From an uncultured Armatimonadetes bacterium (GTDB taxonomy: Bacteria; Armatimonadota; UBA5829; DTJY01): a stretch of DNA of 64,000 bases. Within the stretch, counting starts at the first letter, position 1. Every line of letters begins with the position of its first letter. Below the pieces are notes generated by a model. The model ran no database searches. It had not been told where the DNA came from and saw nothing but the letters and a program-made list of their open reading frames with translations. Both the position numbers and the translations under genes were made by a program. Location: contig OY970325.1 in the NCBI GenBank assembly GCA_963717145.1, forward strand, positions 5,024,001-5,088,000, written 5' to 3'. Shown piece by piece: positions 1 through 9,291 of this stretch.

Positions 1-564
1 TCCAGGGCCGGGCAGCGGCGAGTACGCTATCAAGTACCCCGTATCGGCATAGGAGACAGACATCAGGCGCAGGGTGGGTGTAACGCCGGCGTCGCGTGTA
101 TAAAGCGTGACTCGGTACTCGATTCGGGGCCAGGTCGCATACAGCACGAGGGTATCCCAGTTAATATAGCCGTATGGATCGCTCCTGTCGCGCTTGACGC
201 CTCCGGGAATATATCCCTGGCGGGCCACCTCATACCAGATCGTCGAAGTGCCGCCGTTTACCGCCCGCATCTCCATTCGGGCGCCGGTATCCTCAGGGAA
301 GTCCAGGTTCCACGACGCCACTATCTCGTCCACGGGGAAAGGGGCGTTCACCCCAGCGAAACTGGCCGTACCGCTCGTCGCCGAAGACGTGAGTCGGATG
401 CCCGTGCCGGATACATACTGAGTGCCGGAGCCAAGCGCAATCGGGCCTTGAGACGTCTGAAGATCGAAGACGCTCGTGGAGTTTCGAGGCGAAGTAGTCT
501 GGGCAAAACCAGCGGAGACGAGAAAAAACAGGGCCAGGATCAGTGCGTGTGGCGCTGAACGCAT
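1..564 (-). CDS. 5' part of a secreted protein, resembling the N-terminal region of peptidase C39-like proteins (runs off window)
   Basis: Hand-translated: GAGG RBS then MRSAPHALILALFFLVSAGFAQ (signal peptide), VASWN...WYEV...DTLVL...YRVTL; open to position 1. Confidence 0.55.
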   Translation of the reverse strand, partial: MRSAPHALILALFFLVSAGFAQTTSPRNSTSVFDLQTSQGPIALGSGTQYVSGTGIRLTSSATSGTASFAGVNAPFPVDEIVASWNLDFPEDTGARMEMRAVNGGTSTIWYEVARQGYIPGGVKRDRSDPYGYINWDTLVLYATWPRIEYRVTLYTRDAGVTPTLRLMSVSYADTGYLIAYSPLPGPG

Positions 565-601
565 AGTGAAAACCTCGTGTTCATGATCCGCGCTCTCGTC
601 C

Positions 602-629
602 ATTATACTTCAATGCGCCCGAATGTCAA
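602..629 (-). promoter_or_regulatory. sigma70 promoter for the leftward gene
   Basis: Minus strand TTGACA-N16-TATAAT. Confidence 0.7.
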
Positions 630-2065
630 GCGGTCGAATTGCTTCACGAACGATGTTACCGAAACGGAAACGTTGCCTCAGATAAGAATGTTACCGAAAC
701 TGAGGCATGGAGAAGATGACAACTGCATCCGTAAGAGAAGTCGTGAGGCGCAAACGCAAAGAATATGGCAAAGCCACCAAATCGGAGAAGAAGCTGGTAT
801 TGAGTGAAGTCCAGGGATTGACCGGTTACCACAGGAAGTCGCTGGTGAGGCTGTTCGCGAAAGGAGTTCCACCAGCGAGGAGTCCAGTGAGACGCGCAAG
901 GAAGTCGAAATACGAGCCGATAGCCCACAAGCTGAAGACACTCTGGGCTGCGAGTTTCTACGCGTGCGGTAAGCGTCTGCAGCCGTTTCTGACTGAGTTT
1001 CTACCCATACTGGAGTCATTCGGGGAGATAACGGTTACACCAGAAGAAGAGAGGCTGCTTAACTCGATCAGCGCGTCGAGCATCGACAGGTTGATGAAGA
1101 AGGAGCGGTCTGCCCTATCGCTAACAGGGAGGACCTTAACAAAGCCGGGGACACTGCTTCGGTCTCAGATCCCGGTGAGGACGTTTGCCGACTGGGATGA
1201 AGCTGAGCCTGGGTTCTTCGAGATGGACTTGGTGGGTCATTGCGGAGGTGACGGGAGCGGAGAGTTCCTGTATACTTTGACTATGACTGATGTAGCGACC
1301 GGATGGGTAGCGCTTGATGGAATGAAAGGCCGAGGGGAGCACGGAACCGTGCTTGCGGTGCAGTCCGCGTCCAAGAGCGCACCGTTTGCAGTCAGAGGCA
1401 TAGATACCGACAACGGCGGCGAGTTCATCAACCATCACATGAACAAGTACTGTCGAGCGCACAGGATCACGTTTACGCGCAGTCGGCCTTACAAGAAGAA
1501 CGATCAATGTCATGTAGAGCAGAAGAACTGGAGCGTAGTCCGGCAGTTTATAGGTTACCGGCGATTCGAGACGGACGAGCAGCTTGCGGTACTAAAGGCG
1601 ATATATCCGCTGATCGTGGCGTATCACAACTTCTGTCAGCCCATGATGCGTCTTAAAGAAAAGGAGCGGATTGGGAGTAAAGTGATCAAACGCTATGAGC
1701 CTGCGATGACGCCGTACCGCAAGCTGATAAGTGTTGAAGGATGGCTTGACGATGAAGCAAAGGATCGCCTCGATAAAGAACGTAGAGCGACGAACCCGGT
1801 GGAGCTACTAAGACGCATCCACAGGCTATCATCAAAGCTTGACAGGATGCCGAATAAAGACAGATCGAAAGCGAGCAAGGCGCGGCCCTGAGCGGCGATC
1901 AAGAGCCGATCTGACATACTTGAACACACTACTTGGTAACATTATCAATGACGCAACGAATGGCGTTTCGGTAACAAAGTTAAATGAGGCAACACGGCGG
2001 TTAATAATACGCCTCGAACGCCGAAGTCTCCCCTTTTGAAAAAAAGTTTACTAAACCGGTTGACA
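624..2065 (+). mobile_element. Insertion sequence with DDE integrase-core transposase; exact ends uncertain (right end about 2006 or 2065)
   Basis: Two copies of TTGCNTCA-N7/8-TGTTACC at 639-700 and two inverted copies at about 1933-1994 flank the transposase. Confidence 0.75.
707..1891 (+). CDS. Transposase, rve/integrase catalytic domain
   Basis: TGYHRK N-terminal region; EMDLVGH, DTDNGGEF, SRPYKKNDQCHVEQKN DDE motifs. Confidence 0.92.
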   Translation: MEKMTTASVREVVRRKRKEYGKATKSEKKLVLSEVQGLTGYHRKSLVRLFAKGVPPARSPVRRARKSKYEPIAHKLKTLWAASFYACGKRLQPFLTEFLPILESFGEITVTPEEERLLNSISASSIDRLMKKERSALSLTGRTLTKPGTLLRSQIPVRTFADWDEAEPGFFEMDLVGHCGGDGSGEFLYTLTMTDVATGWVALDGMKGRGEHGTVLAVQSASKSAPFAVRGIDTDNGGEFINHHMNKYCRAHRITFTRSRPYKKNDQCHVEQKNWSVVRQFIGYRRFETDEQLAVLKAIYPLIVAYHNFCQPMMRLKEKERIGSKVIKRYEPAMTPYRKLISVEGWLDDEAKDRLDKERRATNPVELLRRIHRLSSKLDRMPNKDRSKASKARP

Positions 2066-2087
2066 AACTCGGGAATTGTGGCATAAT
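2060..2087 (+). promoter_or_regulatory. sigma70 promoter of the sulfur assimilation operon
   Basis: TTGACA-N16-CATAAT. Confidence 0.65.
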
Positions 2088-2187
2088 CCTGACAAAGCAG
2101 ATCAACTTAGTTTACTAACTCCGGCCGCTGAAGTCGGGTCTGGGCCGATTAGTTCATGATCGCTGTGTCGAAAGGGGAGGTATTCGA

Positions 2188-2340
2188 GTGGAAACAGGAG
2201 CTGTGTTGCTGCATACGAGCCCGGGAGTCTATGCGGCCGTCGTTGTCGCCGGGATGGTGACCATCGGGTTTGCGCTCGGAAGTGTGCTCGACCGTGTGAT
2301 GGGCCTGTTCGGTCTGCAGATCGATCGGGTGGAGAAGTAA
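2188..2340 (+). CDS. 50-aa single-TM protein, DVU0150-like partner of the TauE protein
   Basis: GGGGAGG RBS, GTG start, METGAVLLHTSPGVYAAVVVAGMVTIGFALGSVLDRVMGLFGLQIDRVEK; TAA overlaps the next ATG; below the ORF-track length cutoff. Confidence 0.7.
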   Translation: METGAVLLHTSPGVYAAVVVAGMVTIGFALGSVLDRVMGLFGLQIDRVEK

Positions 2341-3329
2341 TGTACGCCGGGTCGATACCGACACTTCCACTGGCGATCGCACTTGTCGCGGTCGGCTTCT
2401 GTGTGGGTGTCGCAGGCAGTTTCTTCGGCGTGGGCGGGGCCTTTCTGGTTACCCCCGCACTAAACATTCTCGGATTCCCGATGGCCTACGCGATCGGCAC
2501 GGATTTGGCGCATATGACCGGGAAGTCGATCATCGCTTCGATCAGACACAGGAGACTCGGGCATATCGACTTTCGCGCGGGGGCTCTTCTGCTCTTAGGC
2601 ACTCTTCCCGGAGTCAAGCTCGGGGCGATGTCGGTGATGAAGCTGGAGAGGATCGGCGCCATCGAAATCGTTATCCGGCTGTCGTACATCGTGATTCTGA
2701 CTCTGATCGGCGCGCTCGTATTGAGAGAGAGTCTGAGAGCAAACCGGGGACACGAAAGAGAACGAGACCGCGCTCTGCTGGTAAGGTGCTTCCGGATACC
2801 GCCGTTGGTGTGCCTGAGCGCATCGAACATAAAGAGCATCAGCATCTGGGGGATCATCCTCCTTGGGTTCGCGACCGGCTTCCTGGCCGCATTCCTGGGC
2901 GTCGGCGGTGGGTTCATCAGAATGCCCGCCCTGATCTATCTGATCGGCATGCCGACCCGCCTGGCGATCGGCACGGACTTGATCGAGGTGGCTTTTTCCG
3001 GCGCATTCGGCACTTACCTGTATGCCCGCGAAGGACGTGTCGATGTCATAGCCGCCCTCGTGATGTTGATGGGCGCGGCGGTCGGGAGTCACCTGGGAAC
3101 GCTCGCGACGAAATACGTCGAGTCGGGCAAGATAAGGCTTTATTTCGCCGTTACCGTTCTTTGCACCGCCCTCGCGGTGACCGCAAAACAGCTCGGCTTC
3201 AAGTCGCTGTCCGCGGGGATACTGCTGACCCTCGGGATCGCGTTGGTAGCGCCGATCCTGTACGGTCTGTTCAAGGGGATTCGGGACGATAGGGCCGCAT
3301 CCCTGGAGAAGGAGTTGGAGGCGACATGA
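2340..3329 (+). CDS. TauE/SafE (TSUP) family sulfite/sulfate transporter
   Basis: Duplicated GVGG(G)...P...AIGTDL motifs; multi-TM. Confidence 0.9.
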   Translation: MYAGSIPTLPLAIALVAVGFCVGVAGSFFGVGGAFLVTPALNILGFPMAYAIGTDLAHMTGKSIIASIRHRRLGHIDFRAGALLLLGTLPGVKLGAMSVMKLERIGAIEIVIRLSYIVILTLIGALVLRESLRANRGHERERDRALLVRCFRIPPLVCLSASNIKSISIWGIILLGFATGFLAAFLGVGGGFIRMPALIYLIGMPTRLAIGTDLIEVAFSGAFGTYLYAREGRVDVIAALVMLMGAAVGSHLGTLATKYVESGKIRLYFAVTVLCTALAVTAKQLGFKSLSAGILLTLGIALVAPILYGLFKGIRDDRAASLEKELEAT

Positions 3330-3418
3330 TTTCGCGTATTGCACGGTTGGTCTACGCGCAGGTTTGTCGGCTGATCGCAGCTCTTGGGGAAACCAGCGCC
3401 GACATGGTTCTGATGTAG
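3326..3418 (+). CDS. Possible 30-aa peptide
   Basis: GGAGG RBS, ATGA overlap with the upstream stop, ends 3 nt before the cysH ATG. Confidence 0.4.
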   Translation: MISRIARLVYAQVCRLIAALGETSADMVLM

Positions 3419-3421
3419 ACG

Positions 3422-4165
3422 ATGAGCAGGAAGGTATTGAGTATGCAGGACCTCATGGAACTGAACGACGCCTTGCGCGGATCCGATGCGAAGGGCGTTT
3501 TGCGCCGGGCATTGGACGAATTCGGCGACGGCCTGGTGCTCGCATCGAGCTTCGGCGCTGAGGACATGGTGCTGATCGACATGCTGTGCCGAGTCACCGA
3601 TTCGCCGCGTATCTTCTTCCTGGATACGGGACGATTGCACCAGGAGACGTACGATCTGATCGCACTGGCTCGAACGCGGTACGGAATAGGCTTCGACGTC
3701 TATTGCCCTCAGACGGAAGCGGTCGAGAGGCTGCTCAGGACTGAGGGCCCGAACAGCTTCTATGACTCGATCGAGGATCGCAAGGAGTGCTGCCGGATAC
3801 GGAAGGTCGAGCCGCTCGCACGGGCATTGTCCACCGCGCGGGCATGGATCACCGGGCTCAGGCGCGACCAGTCGGTTACGCGCTCCGACATGGCGGTCAT
3901 CGAAGTCGATGAGACGCACGGCGGCATCGTGAAGATCAACCCGCTCTCGGACTGGTCTGAGCAGGATGTGTGGGACTACATCAGGGCAAACGACGTGCCG
4001 TATAACGCGCTGCACGACAAGGGATTCCCGTCGATCGGCTGCGCGCCGTGCACGCGGGCGATCCAGCCCGGCGAGGACCTGCGCGCCGGTCGCTGGTGGT
4101 GGGAGTCGCCCGAACACAAGGAGTGCGGGCTTCATAGCAGAGACGGAAAGGTAGCCAGACGATGA
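3422..4165 (+). CDS. cysH: APS reductase (CysH family, 4Fe-4S type)
   Basis: [33 protein letters not shown]. Confidence 0.93.
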   Translation: MSRKVLSMQDLMELNDALRGSDAKGVLRRALDEFGDGLVLASSFGAEDMVLIDMLCRVTDSPRIFFLDTGRLHQETYDLIALARTRYGIGFDVYCPQTEAVERLLRTEGPNSFYDSIEDRKECCRIRKVEPLARALSTARAWITGLRRDQSVTRSDMAVIEVDETHGGIVKINPLSDWSEQDVWDYIRANDVPYNALHDKGFPSIGCAPCTRAIQPGEDLRAGRWWWESPEHKECGLHSRDGKVARR

Positions 4166-4987
4166 GTGTCAATGTGATCAGAGAAGCGGATCATCTCGAT
4201 GCGCTCGAGAACCAGAGCATCTACATACTCCGAGAGGCATACCGGAAGTTCAAGAAGCTGGCGATGCTCTGGAGCATCGGCAAGGACTCGACGGTGCTGC
4301 TGTGGCTGGCGCGGAAGGCATTCTTCGGCCACTGCCCGATCCCGCTCGTGCATATCGACACCAGCCGCAAGATTCCCGAGATGATCGAGTTCCGGGACAA
4401 GATCGCGAAGGAGTGGAACGTGCGCCTCATCGTCGGGCAGAACACCGAGGCTCTCGCGGACGGTATGGGGCCGGACAAGGGCCGCATCGTCTGCTGCAAC
4501 TCGCTCAAGACCGAGGCGCTGCAGCAGCTCATGGCCGAGCGCGAGTTCACCGGGCTGATCCTCGGCATCCGGCGCGACGAGGAAGGCACTCGCGCCAAGG
4601 AGCGTTACTTCTCGCCGCGCGACAAGAACTTCGAGTGGAACTACAAGGACCAGCCGCCGGAGTTCTGGGACCAGTTCAAGACCGATTTCGACAAGGACAC
4701 GCACATCCGGATCCATCCGCTGCTGCACTGGACGGAGATCGACGTCTGGCAATACATCAAGCGCGAGAAGATCCCGATCGTGGACCTCTACTTCGCCCGA
4801 GACGGCGAGCGATACCGCTCGCTGGGCTGCGCGCCGTGCACGGGCCGGATCAAGTCCAACGCGACGACGGTCGACGAGATCATCGAGGAACTGCGCACCA
4901 TGCACCACGAGCGAGCGGTCGGTGCGCGCGCAGGACCAGGAAGACACCTACGCGATGCAGAAGCTGCGGGCGAAGGGATATATGTAG
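4162..4987 (+). CDS. cysD: Sulfate adenylyltransferase subunit 2 (frameshift near 4910-4925)
   Basis: [25 protein letters not shown]; true C-terminus [20 protein letters not shown] in a shifted frame. Confidence 0.88.
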
Positions 4988-5064
4988 TGCTGGAGAGTAT
5001 GGGAGTGTGGGACGTATGCGGAGTAATGCGTATAGTGAGCAGAGCGGCCATCCGAGGCCGACAG

Positions 5065-6311
5065 ATGAACATCGTGATCGTCGGACACGTCGACCACGGG
5101 AAGTCGACGCTGGTCGGACGGCTGTTCTACGATACCGACAGCCTGCCGGACGGCAGGTACGAGGCCGTCGCGCGAGTCTGCGAGGACACGGGCAAGCAGT
5201 TCGAGTTCGCGTTCCTGCTCGATGCGCTCGAAGAGGAGCGCGACCAGGGCATCACGATCGACACGGCGCAGACCTACTTCCACACCGCGAGCGCGACTAC
5301 GTGATCATCGACGCGCCGGGACACAAGGAGTTCCTGAAGAACATGGTCACCGGCGCGGCATCCGCCGATGCCGCGATCCTGCTGATCGACGCGGACGAGG
5401 GCGTGCAGGAGCAGTCGCGCAGGCACGGCTACCTGCTGAAGCTGCTCGGCATCCGGCAGGTCGCGGTCGTGATCAACAAGATGGACCTCGTCGGCTATTC
5501 GAGGAGGTATTCGAATCGGTGAAGCGGGAGTATGTGGACTTCCTATCGCAATTGGAGGTCAAGGCGCAGTTCGTGATCCCGGTTTCCGCCGCGACGGCGA
5601 CAACGTCGCCACGCCCGGAGCGGCGACTGAGGAGTGGTATGACGGGCCGACCGTGCTGGAGTCGCTGGACCTGTTCACGCCGTCCGCCCACCAAGGAGAA
5701 GCAGCCTCTGAGGATGCCGGTGCAGGACGTCTACAAGTTCGACAAGCGCCGCATCATCGCCGGCCGCGTGGAGTCGGGAACGATCCGGGTCGGCGACAGG
5801 ATCAGGTTCAGCCCATCGGGTCACGAGGGGATCGTCAAGACCATCGAGCGGTGGCACAGCGCCGATCGGGACTACGCGCTCCCCGGCGAATCGATCGGCA
5901 TCACCCTCACCGAGCAGATATTCGTCGAGCGCGGGGATATCATCTCGCACGTCGAAAACGCGTCCGCCGTGCTCGAGTTCGATCATGGCGAACCTCTTCT
6001 GGCTCGGCGACCGGCACCTGAGAACCGGGAAGACATACATGCTGAAGCTGGCGACCCAGGAGGTCGAGTGCCAGGTGGCGTCGATCAGCGATGTCATCGA
6101 CACATCGAGCCTGGCTTCAGTGGGGGAGATCGCGACCGAGGTGGCGAAGAACGAGGTCGCCACCGTCATCCTCGACTTCAAGAAACCGGTCGCGTTCGAC
6201 CGGTTCAGCGATATCGTCGAGACCGGCCGGTTCGTGATCGTGGATGGCTACGACGTTGCGGGCGGCGGCATCATCACTCAGACGGAGCTACCGGTCACTT
6301 ACGCGATTTAG
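5065..6311 (+). CDS. cysN: Sulfate adenylyltransferase subunit 1 GTPase, no APS kinase domain (several frameshifts)
   Basis: [35 protein letters not shown] distributed over three frames. Confidence 0.88.
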
Positions 6312-6338
6312 CGTTGTCATTCTGAGCACGTGACTGCG

Positions 6339-6416
6339 CGTCGTTGGGGATGGAGTTGGACTCCATCCCCCTGGCCTAGTTACCGGGGATGGAGTCCAAC
6401 TCCATCCCCAACGACG
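6339..6416. repeat. REP-like inverted doublet (GTTG foot)
   Basis: 32-bp perfect arms, each containing the hairpin GGGGATGGAG-N5-CTCCATCCCC. Confidence 0.85.
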
Positions 6417-6456
6417 GGTGAGGGTCAGAACGGCTGTATATCGAACGAGGAAGTAT

Positions 6457-7692
6457 ATGGACATCGAGACAACAGCCTTGCACGGCGGGTATGCGCCGGA
6501 TCCGCACACCGGTTCCACGGCGACGCCGATCCACCAGACCACGGCCTATGCCTACGCCTCAGCCGAGGAGATCGCCGATGTCTTCGCGGGTCGCGCGCCG
6601 GGATACGTCTATTCCAGACTTGGCAATCCCACCTCCACGGCATTCGAACTGCGTCTGGCCGAACTCGAACGCGGCATCGGCTGCCTGTCGTGCTCATCAG
6701 GGATGGCCGCCATCGCATCCGCCGTCATGGGGCTTACTCGCGCGGGCGATCACATCGTGGCGGGCAACGGCATTTTTGGCGGGACCGTCTCGTTCTTCTC
6801 GAAGACGCTGGCGCGGTTCGGCGTTGTCACTACCTTCGTCGACAGCGGGGATGCAGAGTCCTTCCGCCGCGCGATCAGGCCCGAGACGAAGCTTGTTTTC
6901 GTGGAGACCATCACGAATCCGCAGATGGCCGTGCCGGACCTGTCCGCGATTGCGGATATCGCTCACCAGTCGGGCATCCCTCTGGTAGTTGACAGCACTC
7001 TGACGACCCCGATCCTGGTCCGACCGGGCGAATGGGGCGCGGATATCGTGGTGCATTCCGTTTCGAAATTCATCAACGGCCACGGCAACTCGATCGGCGG
7101 GGCGATTGTCGATACCGGCAAGTTCGACTGGGCCAAAGGACCGTTCGAGGACATCGCATCGCTCGCGAAGAGGGCCGGCAAGCTGGCGTTCCTGGCACAT
7201 CTGCGCAGGCTCATCTACCGCGACCTGGGTTGCTGTCCATCGCCGTTCAACTCCTTCATGCACCTCACGGGCATCGAGGGACTGGCGCTCAGGATGGAGG
7301 CTCATTGCCGGAACGCCATGGCGCTCGCGGAGTATCTGGAAGCCCATCCCAAGGTGGCATGGGTGAACTACCCGGGCCTGGCATCGAATCCCTATCACGA
7401 TGTGGCATCGAAGCTGTTCGGTGATAAGTATGGCGGCGTGCTCGCGGTCGGCCTGGGAGATCGGGAGCGGGCGATGAAGCTGGTGGACGGCACGTGTCTG
7501 GCGCAGAACCTGGCGAATATCGGCGATTCCAGAACGCTGGTGATCCATCCGGCATCCACCATATTCCAGGAGTTCCCGCCGGACGAACGTGATGCCCAGG
7601 GGATTCCCGATGACCTGGTGCGCGTATCGGTCGGAGTGGAAAGTACAAGAGACATCATCGCCGACTTCGAGTCGGCGCTCGAACGGATATAG
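6457..7692 (+). CDS. metY: O-acetylhomoserine sulfhydrylase (PLP-dependent)
   Basis: PIHQTTAY, YSRLGNPT, HSVSKFINGHG, ANIGD-RTLVIHPAST. Confidence 0.88.
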   Translation: MDIETTALHGGYAPDPHTGSTATPIHQTTAYAYASAEEIADVFAGRAPGYVYSRLGNPTSTAFELRLAELERGIGCLSCSSGMAAIASAVMGLTRAGDHIVAGNGIFGGTVSFFSKTLARFGVVTTFVDSGDAESFRRAIRPETKLVFVETITNPQMAVPDLSAIADIAHQSGIPLVVDSTLTTPILVRPGEWGADIVVHSVSKFINGHGNSIGGAIVDTGKFDWAKGPFEDIASLAKRAGKLAFLAHLRRLIYRDLGCCPSPFNSFMHLTGIEGLALRMEAHCRNAMALAEYLEAHPKVAWVNYPGLASNPYHDVASKLFGDKYGGVLAVGLGDRERAMKLVDGTCLAQNLANIGDSRTLVIHPASTIFQEFPPDERDAQGIPDDLVRVSVGVESTRDIIADFESALERI

Positions 7693-7715
7693 ACCCGTGA
7701 GCATGATACGCAAGT

Positions 7716-7832
7716 CACCGTCAGTCCTGAGTGCGCCGGTGAATGACGGCGTGTATCGAAGGACGGCTCGGTGCAGCAAGGCCGTCCTTCGATACACGCC
7801 GTCATTCACCGGCGCACTCAGGACTGACGGTG
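7716..7832. repeat. Long palindromic intergenic element, family A copy 1
   Basis: 52-bp perfect arms with a 13-nt loop; CCTGAG...CGAAGGA core. Confidence 0.9.
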
Positions 7833-7862
7833 GGGGTCTCGGTTGGAAAATGGAGGCGATAA

Positions 7863-8072
7863 ATGCAGATCACAAGTAACGGCAAACCCGTCGAAGCGAC
7901 GGATAACATCACAGTGATTGATCTACTGACGGAGCTGAAAGTGGCCACCCCGATGTACGTGTCGGTCGAGCTGAACGGCGAGATCCTCGACAGGGAGCAG
8001 TTCGCCACCACCAAGGTTTCCGATGGAGACACGGTCGAGTTCCTTTACTTCATGGGCGGAGGCAAACTGTGA
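7863..8072 (+). CDS. thiS: ThiS/HcyS-like sulfur carrier with masked C-terminus
   Basis: VELNGEIL...GDTVEFLYFMGGGKL. Confidence 0.9.
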   Translation: MQITSNGKPVEATDNITVIDLLTELKVATPMYVSVELNGEILDREQFATTKVSDGDTVEFLYFMGGGKL

Positions 8073-8884
8073 GCCTCGGATTCGAGGAGATCGAACGCTA
8101 CAGCCGCCAGATACTCCTTCAGCAAGTCGGCGGCAAGGGGCAGGAGAAGCTGCTCGCCTCGAAGGTGCTGCTCGTGGGCGCGGGAGGTCTCGGCTCGCCT
8201 GCTTCGATGTACCTCGCGGCGGCGGGAGTCGGAACGATCGGCCTGATCGACGGCGACAAGGTGGACCTGACCAACCTCCAGCGCCAGATCGTCCACTTCA
8301 CGGACGACATCGGCAAGCCCAAGGTCGAGTCAGCGGCGGCCAAGCTCAACGCGATCAACCCGGCGGTGAATGTCGAGACCTACGAGACCCTCGCGCTGGC
8401 CGACAACAGCCTGGATATCATCAGCCGCTATGATTTCGTGATCGACGGCACCGACAACTTCCCGGCCAAGTTTCTCATCAATGACGCGTGCTATTTCGCC
8501 GGAGTGCCCTTCTCCCATGCGGGCATCCTGCGCTTCGATGGTCAGCTTTTCACAGTGATTCCCGGCCAGACGGCGTGCTATCGGTGCCTCTTCGGAGGTC
8601 CACCGCCTGCAAATGCCGTGCCGTCGTGCTCCCAGGCCGGAGTGCTCGGAGGAGTCGCGGGCGTGATCGGATGCCTGCAGGCCACGGAGGCACTGAAGTA
8701 CCTGCTCGGCGTCGGTGAACTGCTCACGGACCGCATGATGATATTCGATGCGCTCGCAATGCGGTTCAGAGAGGCGAGGTTCAAGCGCAATCCGAAATGC
8801 CCGCTCTGCGGAGAGAATCCGACGATCACCGAACTGCGTGACGAGGAGCAGGTCGCGTGTGATCTGAAGGCGGCGAGAGCATGA
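8069..8884 (+). CDS. ThiF/MoeB-family adenylyltransferase (HcyF-like)
   Basis: RYSRQ, GAGGLGS, NLQRQ, DGTDNF, CYRC and CPLC. Confidence 0.92.
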   Translation: MSLGFEEIERYSRQILLQQVGGKGQEKLLASKVLLVGAGGLGSPASMYLAAAGVGTIGLIDGDKVDLTNLQRQIVHFTDDIGKPKVESAAAKLNAINPAVNVETYETLALADNSLDIISRYDFVIDGTDNFPAKFLINDACYFAGVPFSHAGILRFDGQLFTVIPGQTACYRCLFGGPPPANAVPSCSQAGVLGGVAGVIGCLQATEALKYLLGVGELLTDRMMIFDALAMRFREARFKRNPKCPLCGENPTITELRDEEQVACDLKAARA

Positions 8885-9291
8885 TCGTCATGCCGGCGGG
8901 AATTCTGGCTGATATTGTGGAGCATGCGAGACACGATGCGCCGAACGAGGCATGTGGATTGCTCGCGGGCAGCGAATCTACCATTGAAAAGTGCTATCGC
9001 CTGACCAATGTCGACGCAAGCCCGGAGCACTTCAGCCTCGACATCCGGGAACAGTTTGCCGCCGTGAAGGATATGCGGACGGCGGGTATCGAGATGCTCG
9101 GCGTGTACCATAGTCATCCGGCGACACCGGCGAGAATGTCCGCGGAGGACCTGAAGCTGGCGTTCACACCGGGGATCGCCTACGTGATCGTCTCGCTCGC
9201 GGACCCGGATCAGGCGGTCGTCAAGAGCTTTCGCATCGTCGACGGCAGTCCGGTCGAAGAAGAAGTCTCGATACAGGAGTTGGAGCAGTGA
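8881..9291 (+). CDS. JAB/MPN+ metalloprotease (Mec/HcyD-like)
   Basis: PNEACGLL, YHSHP-x7-S-xx-D. Confidence 0.9.
   Translation: MIVMPAGILADIVEHARHDAPNEACGLLAGSESTIEKCYRLTNVDASPEHFSLDIREQFAAVKDMRTAGIEMLGVYHSHPATPARMSAEDLKLAFTPGIAYVIVSLADPDQAVVKSFRIVDGSPVEEEVSIQELEQ

Noticed and set aside
613-2018. ATGCGCCCGAA / ATACGCCTCGAA as the IS target-site duplication
   Set aside because: Needs a mismatch plus an indel; not distinguishable from chance
2085-2112. Possible Rrf2/CymR-type operator after the sulfur operon -10
   Set aside because: Only a loose resemblance, a single instance and no regulator gene nearby
2156-2260. Short ORF with three consecutive Cys codons upstream of the sulfur operon (possible leader peptide)
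   Set aside because: No RBS, no attenuator hairpins seen, and it overlaps a better-supported 50-aa ORF
4162-5304. Apparent 380-aa CysD-CysN fusion ORF
   Set aside because: Artefact of a frameshift near 4920; the normal CysD end (KGYM*, 4987) is in another frame
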